Shown: positions 17,345-26,759 of the stretch, piece by piece
Position numbering within the stretch: position 1 is the stretch's first letter
Layout: each line of letters starts with the position of its first letter
Source of the DNA: an uncultured bacterium
GTDB lineage: Bacteria > Hydrogenedentota > Hydrogenedentia > Hydrogenedentales > JAEUWI01
Direction: 5' to 3'
DNA: 35,666 bases
NCBI GenBank assembly: GCA_963977445.1
Contig: CAXBPH010000040.1
Span: forward strand, 1-35,666
The notes under the pieces: generated by a model
The model's database searches: none
What the model was told of the DNA's origin: nothing
The model's input: only the letters and a program-made list of their open reading frames with translations
Made by a program: the position numbers and the translations under genes

Positions 17345-17971
17345 TCAACCTGCTGGCGCTGGCTCTTTTGTTCCTGCCCCGTCTTTTTGTATTTTTTTCT
17401 TTGCCTCAGGCTCCCGGCCCGATCGGGAAGCACCTTCGGAAGCCTCGGCTGCTGTCCCCCGGGGTCGACCTTTTTGTTCCTGAGCGTGGCGTTCCTGTGC
17501 CCGCTTCAGGAGACGCCGCATGTCCCCTTCGAAGTCGTTGAGGAAAATCATGAGCCGGGCCTGTTGCCAGGTAGTCAGTTCGAGGCCCTCCGCATCAAAG
17601 ACCTCATCCCGTGCCATCATGTTCTTTGCGTTGGCCTCTTTCACGTCTTTCATGCACGCGGCGATTTGCGCTTCGTCCTTGCTTTCGCGGACAGCCTGGC
17701 GCAAGGCACGTAATTTTTCCGAACGCTCTTTTCGCAAGGTCATCAGTCGGTCGCGGTATTCAGCCATATGGCGCATCATCAATACCGCCTGGGCTTCATC
17801 CAGGGCCAACTCCCGTGTGAGCCGGGCCATCAGCACGTCTTCAAGGAGCTTTCGACTGTCTGCGCTACGGGTCTCGGTGTCGGAAGGACTTTCCTTGCTG
17901 TCATCAGCCGTCGCTCCAAGGAGGGGCAACATCAACAACAGGCAGGCCATACAGGTTAAAACGTGCTTCAT
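17345..17971 (-). CDS. Periplasmic helical protein, Spy/CpxP/ZraP-like accessory of the ECF operon
   Basis: Signal peptide, LTRELALDEAQ and LTTWQQAR (LTxxQ-like) motifs, charged helices; third gene of the sigma/anti-sigma operon. Confidence 0.7.
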   Translation of the reverse strand: MKHVLTCMACLLLMLPLLGATADDSKESPSDTETRSADSRKLLEDVLMARLTRELALDEAQAVLMMRHMAEYRDRLMTLRKERSEKLRALRQAVRESKDEAQIAACMKDVKEANAKNMMARDEVFDAEGLELTTWQQARLMIFLNDFEGDMRRLLKRAQERHAQEQKGRPRGTAAEASEGASRSGREPEAKKKIQKDGAGTKEPAPAG

Positions 17972-17974
17972 CTA

Positions 17975-18622
17975 TCAGACCTCGTCCCAGTGCGTCGTTG
18001 CCAATTCGCTCAACATCTGGGCATCTTCGCCCGCGAGCAAATCCATCACGGCAATCAAGTCCTCTTCCTCATACCATGCTATGGCATCATCATCCAGGGT
18101 AAACGTCGCCAATGACTCAACCAGCGTGTCGACACTGGGGAGTTCGTCCCCGATACCTTCCTCATCTTCCATGACATCTGAAACGAAAGGATCGACCCAG
18201 ACGCCGGCGTCCAGTAAGTCACCAAAGGCAAGAATCACGGCTTCATCGTCCAGCCAGGCTTCATTGACCTGGGCAGCCTGCTGTGTCGTTTGGGCGCTTT
18301 GCTTCGCAAGAAAGACCACACCCGCACTGACAATGCTGAAGGTGGCTGCCAGGGCCAGGGCAAGGGCCGGGCGGCGCATGAAAAGCAAAATGGCGGGGCC
18401 CCGCTGTTCTTTTTCCTGTAGCCGGGCGAGCACCTGCTGTGAAAAGTCGCTCTCCGGTTCCGGACCCTGCAATGCGCTCAGGTGGTTGGAAAGTTTAAGG
18501 AGCTCCATGTGGCGACGGGCACAGTCGGGGCAGGACTGCAAATGACGGGCAATCTTATGGGGCGCGTCGCATTCGCCGTCAATATAGGCGGAGAGTTGGT
18601 CAGTAACGTGCATGGCACTCAT
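17975..18622 (-). CDS. Zinc-binding (zf-HC2/ZAS) transmembrane anti-sigma factor
   Basis: LSAYIDGE...HLQSCPDC (HxxxCxxC), one TM helix, very acidic periplasmic tail; ATGA overlap with the sigma gene. Confidence 0.9.
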   Translation of the reverse strand: MSAMHVTDQLSAYIDGECDAPHKIARHLQSCPDCARRHMELLKLSNHLSALQGPEPESDFSQQVLARLQEKEQRGPAILLFMRRPALALALAATFSIVSAGVVFLAKQSAQTTQQAAQVNEAWLDDEAVILAFGDLLDAGVWVDPFVSDVMEDEEGIGDELPSVDTLVESLATFTLDDDAIAWYEEEDLIAVMDLLAGEDAQMLSELATTHWDEV

Positions 18623-19185
18623 AACAGGTCGTCTCCCTGGTTAATTAACAATTGACGCAATTGTTCTCGCGCCCGGGCCAGTCTGCTCTTGACGGTGCCC
18701 TTACGGCATTTCATAATCTCGGAGATGGCCTCGTAGTCCAGTCCTTCAATCTCCCGGAGATGTAACACCATACGGTGCTCTGCGGACAGGGTCGCCATAG
18801 CATCGGCAATCCGGCCTTCCAATTCTTTCAACTGGGCTTCGTGAGACGGAATACTACCGGTTGATACCAATTCTGGTTGTGAATCCAGCGATTGACCCAT
18901 TCCGCGCCCACGCCGCTTCATATCACGAATGTGGTTCAGGCACAGGTTCCGTGAAATTCCGAATAGCATGGTCGAAAATTTTGCCTGGGGCGTAAGCCGC
19001 GCCAGATAGCGGTGCAACCGAATGAAGACCTCCTGGGCAATATCTTCCGCATCTTGTTCCGAGTACAGCATCCGATAACAAAAATGGATCACGGGACGTT
19101 GATAGCGCGACATCAACTGGGCAAAGGCGTCCAAGTCGCCTGCCTGCGCGCGCTCAACAAGCGCCCAATCTTCCATCTCGCTCAT
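18619..19185 (-). CDS. ECF RNA polymerase sigma factor (RpoE/SigW-like)
   Basis: GDLDAFAQL, DAEDIAQEVF, NLCLNHIR (region 2) and GLDYEAISEIM...GTVKSRLARAR (region 4). Confidence 0.95.
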   Translation of the reverse strand: MSEMEDWALVERAQAGDLDAFAQLMSRYQRPVIHFCYRMLYSEQDAEDIAQEVFIRLHRYLARLTPQAKFSTMLFGISRNLCLNHIRDMKRRGRGMGQSLDSQPELVSTGSIPSHEAQLKELEGRIADAMATLSAEHRMVLHLREIEGLDYEAISEIMKCRKGTVKSRLARAREQLRQLLINQGDDLL

Positions 19186-19211
19186 ATCGGGCGAACCTCG
19201 TTGTCCCCTGC

Positions 19212-19239
19212 TTCAACCCGAAGCGGGAGAAAAAGTTCC
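19212..19239 (-). promoter_or_regulatory. Autoregulatory ECF promoter
   Basis: Minus strand GGAAC-N17-GTTGAA, 26 bp upstream of the sigma ATG; typical ECF GGAAC/GTT architecture. Confidence 0.65.
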
Positions 19240-19303
19240 CGCGTAACCGCACGTTACGGCCGCGATACACCCCGTCGCATGACCCAGAGAGGGATCAATG
19301 CCC

Positions 19304-20704
19304 TCAAATCCGCTTGACGCGGGCTCCATCCGGGGTATCTTCGATTACCCAGCCGTCTGCGGCCAGGGTATCGCGAATTTCGTCTGCCAGGGCAAAATTC
19401 TTATCGCGCCGGGCCTGCTGACGCTGATTTACGAGGGCCAGAATCTCGTCGGAAGCATCTTCGGCGTCGGCGGCATCTCCGAAAATACCGGTTATGCTGT
19501 CCAGCCGATCCAACAGACTCAGGGCGCGGGCGGCTCCCTCGGCACCTACCGTACCTTCATCAAGCGCCTTATTTACGCTCCGGATGAACTCAAACACCGC
19601 GCCCAAAGCACCGGAGATATTGAGATCATCATCCATTGCCTTGATAAAGGCTCCTTCGCACTGCTCGCACAGCCCGTCGACGGTGTCCCCGTCCCCCTGT
19701 ACTTCGGAAAGGCGAAGTCGAAAATCACGGATGCGTTGCAGGGATTGCTTCGCGCCTTCAACGGCATCAAAGGCGAAATTATTGGGTTGGCGATAGTGGC
19801 TGGCCAAAAGCACCCAGCGGATTGCCACGGGATCGATGCCTTTTTCCGTCAGGTCGCGGAGGGTGTAGAAGTTACCCAACGACTTGGACATCTTCTTCCC
19901 ATCCACCACCAGATGGGCGCAATGGAGCCAATAATTCACAAACTGGGCGCCCGTAGCGCAGCAGGATTGGGCAATCTCATTTTCGTGGTGGGGAAAAATA
20001 TTGTCCACGCCGCCACAATGAATATCGAAATGGTCGCCGAGGTATTTGACGCTCATGGCGGAGCACTCGATGTGCCAGCCGGGACGTCCCTTACCCAACT
20101 CGGTCTCCCAATAGACATCCCCATCTTCTTCTACATAGGCCTTCCACAACACGAAGTCCCGGGCGTCATCGGCCTCATATTCGTCATTGTCGACACGACC
20201 GCTGGCACCCGCACGGAGTTCTTCGAGATCCATGTGGCTCAGCTTGCCGTAGTCCGCGTAGGTACTCAGACGAAAATAGATACTGCCGTCGTTCTCGTAG
20301 GTATGCCCTTTTTCGCGAAGGGTCTTAATCATGTCCACCATCTCTTCGATGTGGTCGGTGGCGGCCGGGTAGGCGGCGGCCCGCTGAATACCCAGGGTGT
20401 CGAGATCTTCGAAAAAAGCGTTGGCGTAGCGTTCGGTGACGTCTTTGAGGGACTCACCATTTTCGCGACAGGTTCGAATCAGCTTATCTTCCACATCCGT
20501 GAGATTCATGATGTGTTTAACGTCATATCCCCGAAACGTGAGGTAACGGCTGAGGAGATCTTCGAACATATAGGCCCGGAAGTTCCCGATGTGCGCATAG
20601 TTGTAAATCGTTGGTCCGCAGGTATATAGGCCAACTTTTCCCGGCACAATCGGTTTGAATTCCTCTTTTTTTCTGGAAAGGGTGTCATAGAAAGACAGGG
20701 CCAT
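19304..20704 (-). CDS. cysS: Cysteine--tRNA ligase
   Basis: [34 protein letters not shown] motifs. Confidence 0.98.
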   Translation of the reverse strand: MALSFYDTLSRKKEEFKPIVPGKVGLYTCGPTIYNYAHIGNFRAYMFEDLLSRYLTFRGYDVKHIMNLTDVEDKLIRTCRENGESLKDVTERYANAFFEDLDTLGIQRAAAYPAATDHIEEMVDMIKTLREKGHTYENDGSIYFRLSTYADYGKLSHMDLEELRAGASGRVDNDEYEADDARDFVLWKAYVEEDGDVYWETELGKGRPGWHIECSAMSVKYLGDHFDIHCGGVDNIFPHHENEIAQSCCATGAQFVNYWLHCAHLVVDGKKMSKSLGNFYTLRDLTEKGIDPVAIRWVLLASHYRQPNNFAFDAVEGAKQSLQRIRDFRLRLSEVQGDGDTVDGLCEQCEGAFIKAMDDDLNISGALGAVFEFIRSVNKALDEGTVGAEGAARALSLLDRLDSITGIFGDAADAEDASDEILALVNQRQQARRDKNFALADEIRDTLAADGWVIEDTPDGARVKRI

Positions 20705-20761
20705 GGATTCAACTCCTTCCTGGCACGGAAACGGACGTAATTCTGGGGGGTAGCGGTCGAT

Positions 20762-20790
20762 ATTCTACCCGCGACCACCCTGGGATGCAA
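20762..20790 (-). promoter_or_regulatory. Sigma70-type promoter of cysS
   Basis: Minus strand TTGCAT-N17-TAGAAT, 57 bp upstream of the ATG. Confidence 0.55.
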
Positions 20791-20923
20791 ACAATCGGGT
20801 AGACACGGTAATTGCCCGAAAGGGAGGGCTCCTCACGGGCCAACACGGAAATGCGGACCTGCGAGGGGTATAAATGGTAGAGGTATCGGAGGAAAAATGC
20901 GATGACAAGTAAAGCGGTAGAAT

Positions 20924-21844
20924 CTATGAAAACAGGGCTTCAACGAACTCATCGGCATCGAAATCGTCGAGATCATCGACCCCTTCTCCGATACCAATCA
21001 TCTTAATGGGGATGCCCAATTCCCGCTGGATGGCCACGACCATTCCCCCTTTGGCGGTTCCATCAAGTTTGGTGAGGATAATACCGGAAACCGCAAGGGT
21101 CTGGGTAAATTGCCGGGCCTGCTCCAAGCCATTCTGTCCCGTAGTCGCATCGAGAACCAACAGGATCTCATGGGGCGCATCAGGAATTCGCCGCTTAATG
21201 ACCCGTTGGATCTTCTTCAACTCTTCCATCAGGTTCACTTTGTTGTGCAGCCGACCTGCCGTATCGATGAGCAGGTTGTCCACCGACCGTGCAACAGCAG
21301 CATCGGCGGCATCATACGCCACAGAGGCCGGATCAGAACCGTCAGCGTTCCGGACGATGTCGGCCCCACTTCGTTCGCTCCAGATAGCCAGTTGCTCTCC
21401 GGCCGCGGCGCGGAAAGTATCGGCCGCACCCAACAGCACGGTGCGGCCCTGGGCGGTAAGTTTAGCCGCCAGCTTGCCGGTTGTGGTGGTTTTTCCGGAG
21501 CCATTGACCCCGGCAACCAGGGTGACATGGGGGCCCGACGGGGCGGTCCAATTGAGATGGTGATCCCCCGGTGCAAGCAACGCTTTGAGTTCCGACTTCA
21601 GCAGGGCAATGAGGGCCTCGGAATCCTGCAGCTTCTTCTCGACGACCGCTTTGCGCATCTCTTCGATTATCTGCAGGGTCGTGCTGACGCCAAAATCGGC
21701 GCGTATCAGTATTTCTTCGAGCTCGGCAAAGGCTGCCTCATCAATATGGGGTCGCCCGAGAACGCGTTTAACGTTGCCGACGAGATTGGTACGGGTTTTT
21801 TCCAGCTTACTTTTAAGCCGGTTCATGAATCCGGTTTTTGACAT
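20924..21844 (-). CDS. ftsY: Signal recognition particle receptor FtsY (short form, NG domain only)
   Basis: GVNGSGKTTT, DTFRAAA, DTAGR, TKLDGTAKGG, GIGE motifs. Confidence 0.98.
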   Translation of the reverse strand: MSKTGFMNRLKSKLEKTRTNLVGNVKRVLGRPHIDEAAFAELEEILIRADFGVSTTLQIIEEMRKAVVEKKLQDSEALIALLKSELKALLAPGDHHLNWTAPSGPHVTLVAGVNGSGKTTTTGKLAAKLTAQGRTVLLGAADTFRAAAGEQLAIWSERSGADIVRNADGSDPASVAYDAADAAVARSVDNLLIDTAGRLHNKVNLMEELKKIQRVIKRRIPDAPHEILLVLDATTGQNGLEQARQFTQTLAVSGIILTKLDGTAKGGMVVAIQRELGIPIKMIGIGEGVDDLDDFDADEFVEALFS

Positions 21845-21960
21845 GGATAGTGTGACTCCTGAGAGGACAGCAGGGCCGCCTCCCGGCTAGGGGTATCTAT
21901 TTTATGCGGTGCGCCCCAACGTAATGCGGGAGAATCTCAGCAAAAACGGTTAATAACCGC

Positions 21961-22701
21961 TCAACTGGCCAATCGGTAGGCCATACATGTGAAGTGTTCT
22001 CGGCCATCGTCGCCGACGCATTCGATGGCACCATTCCCTTGAGGAGAAGCGACCCCCTGGACCGTATAGAGTCGATTTCGGATTTCCATCCCACCCGATT
22101 CGTGTTTCATCAAGTAGAAATCGCCCTTCGACTCGGCCTGACCGCGTATTTCCTCGCCCGATTCCAGGCGCGCACCAAAATACAGGGTATCATCCTCGAC
22201 AAGCACGTTGGCTGAACCGATAAAAATATTGTCGGCGAATAATACGTAAATTCCACTGAGGGACTCCCCATCGGCGCGGTTTGTGTACGCATCAATGGCA
22301 ATCTCTTCTGTGGGTAACTGGGCATCCAAATCAGAAAGCAGCGTATCGATGGTGCGACCAGTTGCACCCTGCCAGAGATCTTCCGCGGTCGCCTGCGGAG
22401 CTATTTGGGAGCCCATAATTGATTCTACAATCGCATCCTGATTGTAAACAGTGTAGATGATGATACCGACGGCAAGGACAAACAGCAATGGAGATGCCCA
22501 AACCCGCTGTTTACCACCAGCATTGTCCGTATCAAGGGCTTGATCGGCATTCATGCGCTGGAGGCGCTGATCACGCAGATTGTTGCCACAAATCTTGCAG
22601 AGAAGGGTGCCTTCGGAATTTACCGTGCCACATTGTATGCATACGGCATCCGCATCAAGCTTCTCGGGATGGTGTTCCTCGCCCTGAAATTCGCTATTCA
22701 T
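21961..22701 (-). CDS. Hypothetical zinc-ribbon membrane protein
   Basis: CIQC-x10-CKIC at the N-terminus, one TM helix (LLFVLAVGIIIYTVY), beta-rich C-terminal domain with two Cys. Confidence 0.8.
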   Translation of the reverse strand: MNSEFQGEEHHPEKLDADAVCIQCGTVNSEGTLLCKICGNNLRDQRLQRMNADQALDTDNAGGKQRVWASPLLFVLAVGIIIYTVYNQDAIVESIMGSQIAPQATAEDLWQGATGRTIDTLLSDLDAQLPTEEIAIDAYTNRADGESLSGIYVLFADNIFIGSANVLVEDDTLYFGARLESGEEIRGQAESKGDFYLMKHESGGMEIRNRLYTVQGVASPQGNGAIECVGDDGREHFTCMAYRLAS

Positions 22702-22892
22702 CCAGACTTTTCACTCCAGTTTACCAGTGCCCTTATAATGCCCTGTTCACTAGGGTGTCGTCAACCCGAACGTTCCAACGCCGTTTACGGACCTGACCTG
22801 GAGGGCCTGATTGGCGGACATCAAGACGGATTTTCGTGATAGATTCGTCGCTGGTGGGCTCGGAAACGTATTGGGGCGGGGCCGATTGGGCC

Positions 22893-22938
22893 AAAAACAG
22901 ATTCGGGCGGCAACGCCAGATTACGATGCCGCCCGAAT
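22893..22938 (-). terminator. Probable intrinsic terminator of tpx
   Basis: 12-bp stem ATTCGGGCGGCA/TGCCGCCCGAAT followed on the minus strand by CTGTTTTT. Confidence 0.65.
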
Positions 22939-22960
22939 ACATTTATTGTACTGAACTTGC

Positions 22961-23476
22961 TCAGGCAATGGCCTTCGCAGCTGCCAAAGCAGCATCGTAG
23001 TCGGGGTGATCGGTCATTTCGGGAACATATTCGGCATATACGACGGTTCCACTCGCATCTACAACGAAGATTGCGCGGGTATCGATACGCAATTCCTTGA
23101 TGTGGACCCCGTAGCTATCGCCGAAGTTCATGTCGAAGTGGTCAGACACGGTCTGGACCTGATCAACGCCTGCGGCACCGCACCAACGTGCCTGCGCGAA
23201 GGGAAGATCGGCACTGACCGTCAGTACGACAACATTCTTTCCTAATCCGGCAGCTTCCTCATTGAAACGACGGGTCTGCGCATCGCAAACGCCGGTATCA
23301 AGGGATGGAACAACACTGATAAGGCGGACCTTACCGGCGCTGTCTGCCAGGGCGACGGGGGACAGGTCGTTTGCAAGTAATTTAAATTCGGGCGCGGCAC
23401 TACCTACGGCGACCCGCTGCCCCAACAAGGTTAATGGACCGCCTTTGAAAGTAAGTTCACCGGTGCGTTCACTCAT
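22961..23476 (-). CDS. tpx: Thiol peroxidase (Tpx-type atypical 2-Cys peroxiredoxin)
   Basis: [34 protein letters not shown] motifs. Confidence 0.97.
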   Translation of the reverse strand: MSERTGELTFKGGPLTLLGQRVAVGSAAPEFKLLANDLSPVALADSAGKVRLISVVPSLDTGVCDAQTRRFNEEAAGLGKNVVVLTVSADLPFAQARWCGAAGVDQVQTVSDHFDMNFGDSYGVHIKELRIDTRAIFVVDASGTVVYAEYVPEMTDHPDYDAALAAAKAIA

Positions 23477-23635
23477 GTCTTATTTCTCCTGGGTTGGCGC
23501 GGAAGCAGCAACAGGTGCCCCCCGCGACCGGGTTGTTTGCATCGTGTCAAGCTTGAACCTATCACGCTTGATAAGCTAGGTTCAACGGATAAACATTGAT
23601 TCTGTACGTTGTATTCCATCGGGAAGGTTCCTATC

Positions 23636-25273
23636 ATGCACCATCGCCACGGGCGTCGTCTACTCACTGCTATTCCTGCACTTGCGGTCCTATTGTCATT
23701 GCCTTGCGTTGGAGCCACCCTTAACGGAGGGGTCTTTAATGATGTAAACGGCAATGGCCAGTGGGATGATGGAGAATCGGGCATCCCCGCCGTTGGCGTC
23801 TCTAACGGTCTGACAGTCGTCACGACCGATGAAGAGGGCCGCTATACGCTGGAGGTGAAGGAGGAAGAGGTCATTTTCGTAATCAAGCCCTCCCACTGGC
23901 AGGTCGGCCTTGAAGCTAAGACAAAACTGCCCCGCCATTTCTACGTGCACCGACCGGACGGCTCTCCCCAATCCAAATTTGCCGGGGTGTCCCCGACGGG
24001 CCCCTTACCGGCTTCGGTAGATTTTCCCCTCACCCCCCATCCGGAGCATGGCTCTTTTGACGTCGTGTGTTTCGGTGACACCCAGCCCCGCAATCAAGAA
24101 GAAGTGGATTTCATTTCCCACGATGTTGTGGAGGAACTTATCGGCGTGGATGCTGCCTTTGGCCTGACCCTGGGTGATCTGGCCTTCAACAATCTCGACA
24201 TGTTACCCCAGATAGCGCAGAGTGTGGGTGTGCTGGGATTACCCTGGCATCACGTGATTGGCAACCACGACATAAATTTCGATACACCCGACTATGCCCA
24301 CGAAGCGGAGACCTATACCCGGGTCTTTGGGCCGCCTTACTACAGCTTTAACTACGGAAAAGTACACTTTCTCGTGTTGAACGACATCTACTGGGAAGTC
24401 GACAAGGAGCGGTATCACGGCGAATTTGGTGCAGACCAGTTGGCCTTCATCGAAGCCGATCTGGCCCTCGTACCCAAAGACCACTTGATCGTCCCCCTGA
24501 TGCACATTCCTCTTCAGGATGTGGAAGACAGAGATAAGCTCTTTGCCCTGCTCGAGCCCTTTCCAAATACTTTTTCTATTGCGGCCCATTGGCATCGGCA
24601 GGGGCATTTCTTTCTCGGGAACGATGCCGGTTGGACAGGTGCCGAAGCCCATCACCATCTCGTCCAGGGGACGGCATGCGGCGCCTGGTGGACGGGTAGC
24701 TTTGATGAACTGGGCATCCCCCACACCACCATGTCAGACGGCACCCCCAACGGTTACGCCATGGTTACCTTTGACGGTACAGACTACCGGGTTCGCTATC
24801 AGGCGTCTCGCCGGCCTGCGTCGTATCAGATGAATATTGCCGCGCCAGAAGTAATCGATTCAACGGCATCGGCCACGACGGAAGTTATTGCCAATATCTT
24901 CAGTGGCTCCGAAAAATCGACCACAAGGATGCGGGTCGTTGGCGCTTCAGCATGGTCACCCATGACCCAGGTATCAGGCCTTCCCCCCTATGTGGTTGCG
25001 AACACCGAGCGGGAAATTGAACTTTCCCGTATCATTGCCCAGGCGGAGGGAATTATCGACCCAAGTCCAGAAGAATTGAAACGGCGCTTTAATAAGCACG
25101 CGGCCATTGTGGGTCGGAGCATGCCCGGCCCGCGAGAGACCGATCACCTCTGGACGGGCCTCTTGCCAGAAACTCTGGAGGCGGGGTATCATGTAATCGA
25201 AGTAGAAACGACGGACGTTTTTGGCCAAACCTTCGTCGGTCGGCGAATTATTCGGGTAACGCCGTCGTTGTAG
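23636..25273 (+). CDS. Exported calcineurin-like metallophosphoesterase
   Basis: Signal peptide, VFNDVNGNGQWDDGE..GI..V.VSNG N-terminal domain, GDTQ, GDL, GNHD, HIP, AHWH metal motifs, DGTPNGY. Confidence 0.9.
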   Translation: MHHRHGRRLLTAIPALAVLLSLPCVGATLNGGVFNDVNGNGQWDDGESGIPAVGVSNGLTVVTTDEEGRYTLEVKEEEVIFVIKPSHWQVGLEAKTKLPRHFYVHRPDGSPQSKFAGVSPTGPLPASVDFPLTPHPEHGSFDVVCFGDTQPRNQEEVDFISHDVVEELIGVDAAFGLTLGDLAFNNLDMLPQIAQSVGVLGLPWHHVIGNHDINFDTPDYAHEAETYTRVFGPPYYSFNYGKVHFLVLNDIYWEVDKERYHGEFGADQLAFIEADLALVPKDHLIVPLMHIPLQDVEDRDKLFALLEPFPNTFSIAAHWHRQGHFFLGNDAGWTGAEAHHHLVQGTACGAWWTGSFDELGIPHTTMSDGTPNGYAMVTFDGTDYRVRYQASRRPASYQMNIAAPEVIDSTASATTEVIANIFSGSEKSTTRMRVVGASAWSPMTQVSGLPPYVVANTEREIELSRIIAQAEGIIDPSPEELKRRFNKHAAIVGRSMPGPRETDHLWTGLLPETLEAGYHVIEVETTDVFGQTFVGRRIIRVTPSL

Positions 25274-26669
25274 TTTCGCAACGCACAAATTCACCATCTA
25301 CATCGCAATAGGCATCATTGCCACCGGCTTTTTTTGCGACATACAAGGCTTTATCCGCCATTTCTATCAGGCTGCCGGGGTCCGTTCCTTCGATTGGTGT
25401 AACGGTGGCTACGCCACAGCTGATTGTCACAAATCCAATTGATGGATTGGCCTCATGGGGTATTTTCAAGTCGTATATGGCGGCCACGAGACCGCACCCG
25501 AGATATCTTGCCCCCTTCGCGTCCGTGTTTGGCAATATTACGACAAACTCTTCGCCTCCATAACGGGCGACTATGTCGGCTGGTCGGTGGCAGACTGACG
25601 GCATGGCGGTGGCGACTGCCCGAAGGCACGCATCCCCAATCAGGTGCCCATAGGTGTCGTTGTACGGCTTGAATTTGTCCAAATCAATCATCAGCAAAGA
25701 AAGCGACGCCTCCGTGCGGCCGATTCGGCGCCACTCCTTATCAAGTTGCACATCAAAGTACCGCCGGTTCCACAGACCGGTCAGGCCATCCACCTGAGCA
25801 AGGTGAAGCAGCTTTTCTTCCATGGCCTTGTGTTCTGTAATATCCTGAATAGCCATCTGCACGCCGACATCATTGTCATAAAGTATGCAGCAGGCATGAA
25901 GCTCAACGTGTCGTGTCACTTGCTCCGCGTCGTAGGTTTGCAGGGTGCACTCAAGGGGTTCACTGCGCCCACCGCGACGGGCTATCATCTCCAGCCACTC
26001 TTCAACACGGTCACGGTCTTCAAAGGAAACAAAGGTATGGAAGGGCCGGCCGTGCATGGCAGTTTCCCCGATGCAGCCCAGCATTTGAATCGCAGAAGTA
26101 TTGTAAAAAACCAACGCGTCGTTTACCTGGACGACTATCGCCTGGGGCGACAGCGTCACGAGAGAGCGGTAGCGAATTTCACTCTCCATACGAGCGTCTT
26201 CCAATCCACGCATGTCATCCAACTGTCGCTCGAGTTGTTTCTTCTGGTCCTCGATTCGATGAAGATGCGCTTCGATCTGCTTCTCTTTTTCCTGCATTTT
26301 ACAAAATATCTGTACTTTTGCACGGACGATCGCAGGGTCCACAGGCTTCAGTAGATAATCCACACCACCCGCACTATAGCCATCGAATACTTGCGATTCC
26401 TGATCCGCGTAGGCCGTGACGAAAATTATAGGAATATCCTCGCCACTGTCCGATTGTTGCATGCGCTGCGCCACTTCATAGCCGCTGATACCAGGGAGAC
26501 GAACGTCCAGCAATACGACAGAAAAATCGTGCGCCTGCAACAGCTCCAAGGCCTCCTCGCCGGTGGCTGCAGTGATAATATTATGCCCGAGATCTTCGAG
26601 AATACGCTCCAGGAGAAGCAAACTGGACCGCGAATCATCTACCACGAGAACATTATGTTTCACTGGCAC
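25248..26669 (-). CDS. Diguanylate cyclase response regulator, REC-PAS-GGDEF
   Basis: REC (VVDD, LLDVRLP, DYLLKP), coiled coil, PAS, DGLTGLWNRR, FKPYNDTYGH, RPAD I-site and GGEEF. Confidence 0.94.
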   Translation of the reverse strand: MPVKHNVLVVDDSRSSLLLLERILEDLGHNIITAATGEEALELLQAHDFSVVLLDVRLPGISGYEVAQRMQQSDSGEDIPIIFVTAYADQESQVFDGYSAGGVDYLLKPVDPAIVRAKVQIFCKMQEKEKQIEAHLHRIEDQKKQLERQLDDMRGLEDARMESEIRYRSLVTLSPQAIVVQVNDALVFYNTSAIQMLGCIGETAMHGRPFHTFVSFEDRDRVEEWLEMIARRGGRSEPLECTLQTYDAEQVTRHVELHACCILYDNDVGVQMAIQDITEHKAMEEKLLHLAQVDGLTGLWNRRYFDVQLDKEWRRIGRTEASLSLLMIDLDKFKPYNDTYGHLIGDACLRAVATAMPSVCHRPADIVARYGGEEFVVILPNTDAKGARYLGCGLVAAIYDLKIPHEANPSIGFVTISCGVATVTPIEGTDPGSLIEMADKALYVAKKAGGNDAYCDVDGEFVRCETTTTALPE

Positions 26670-26759
26670 GATCCCTTCTACAAGTGCGATTATCGCATGG
26701 ACTTAACGTCAATCTGGCGAAACCTGATTAACTATACCACAGGCATTCCATTACAAATC

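Noticed and set aside
19298..20629. Long antisense ORFs (443 aa here; also 5986-7431, 13686-14627, 28386-29228, 33801-34718 and others)
   Set aside because: They are shadows of well-supported genes on the opposite strand, expected in GC-rich DNA, and have no recognisable motifs.
20705..20923. T-box leader upstream of cysS
   Set aside because: No AAGGTGGTACC-like T-box or terminator/antiterminator on the minus strand, and a plain promoter sits only 57 bp from the ATG.
22770..22805. SRP (4.5S) RNA near ftsY: minus strand CCAGGTCAGGTCCG resembles the 5' side of helix 8 as I recall it from E. coli
   Set aside because: It continues TAAACGGCGTTGG, without the GNRA loop and the essential AGCAG strand, and no long enclosing hairpin was found. 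A cmscan with the bacterial SRP models would settle it.
23495..23511. TTGGCGCGGAAGCAGCA as a sigma54 promoter for the phosphoesterase
   Set aside because: Spacing is right but -12 is CAGCA rather than TTGCW, it lies in the tpx leader, and no enhancer-like repeat was seen upstream.
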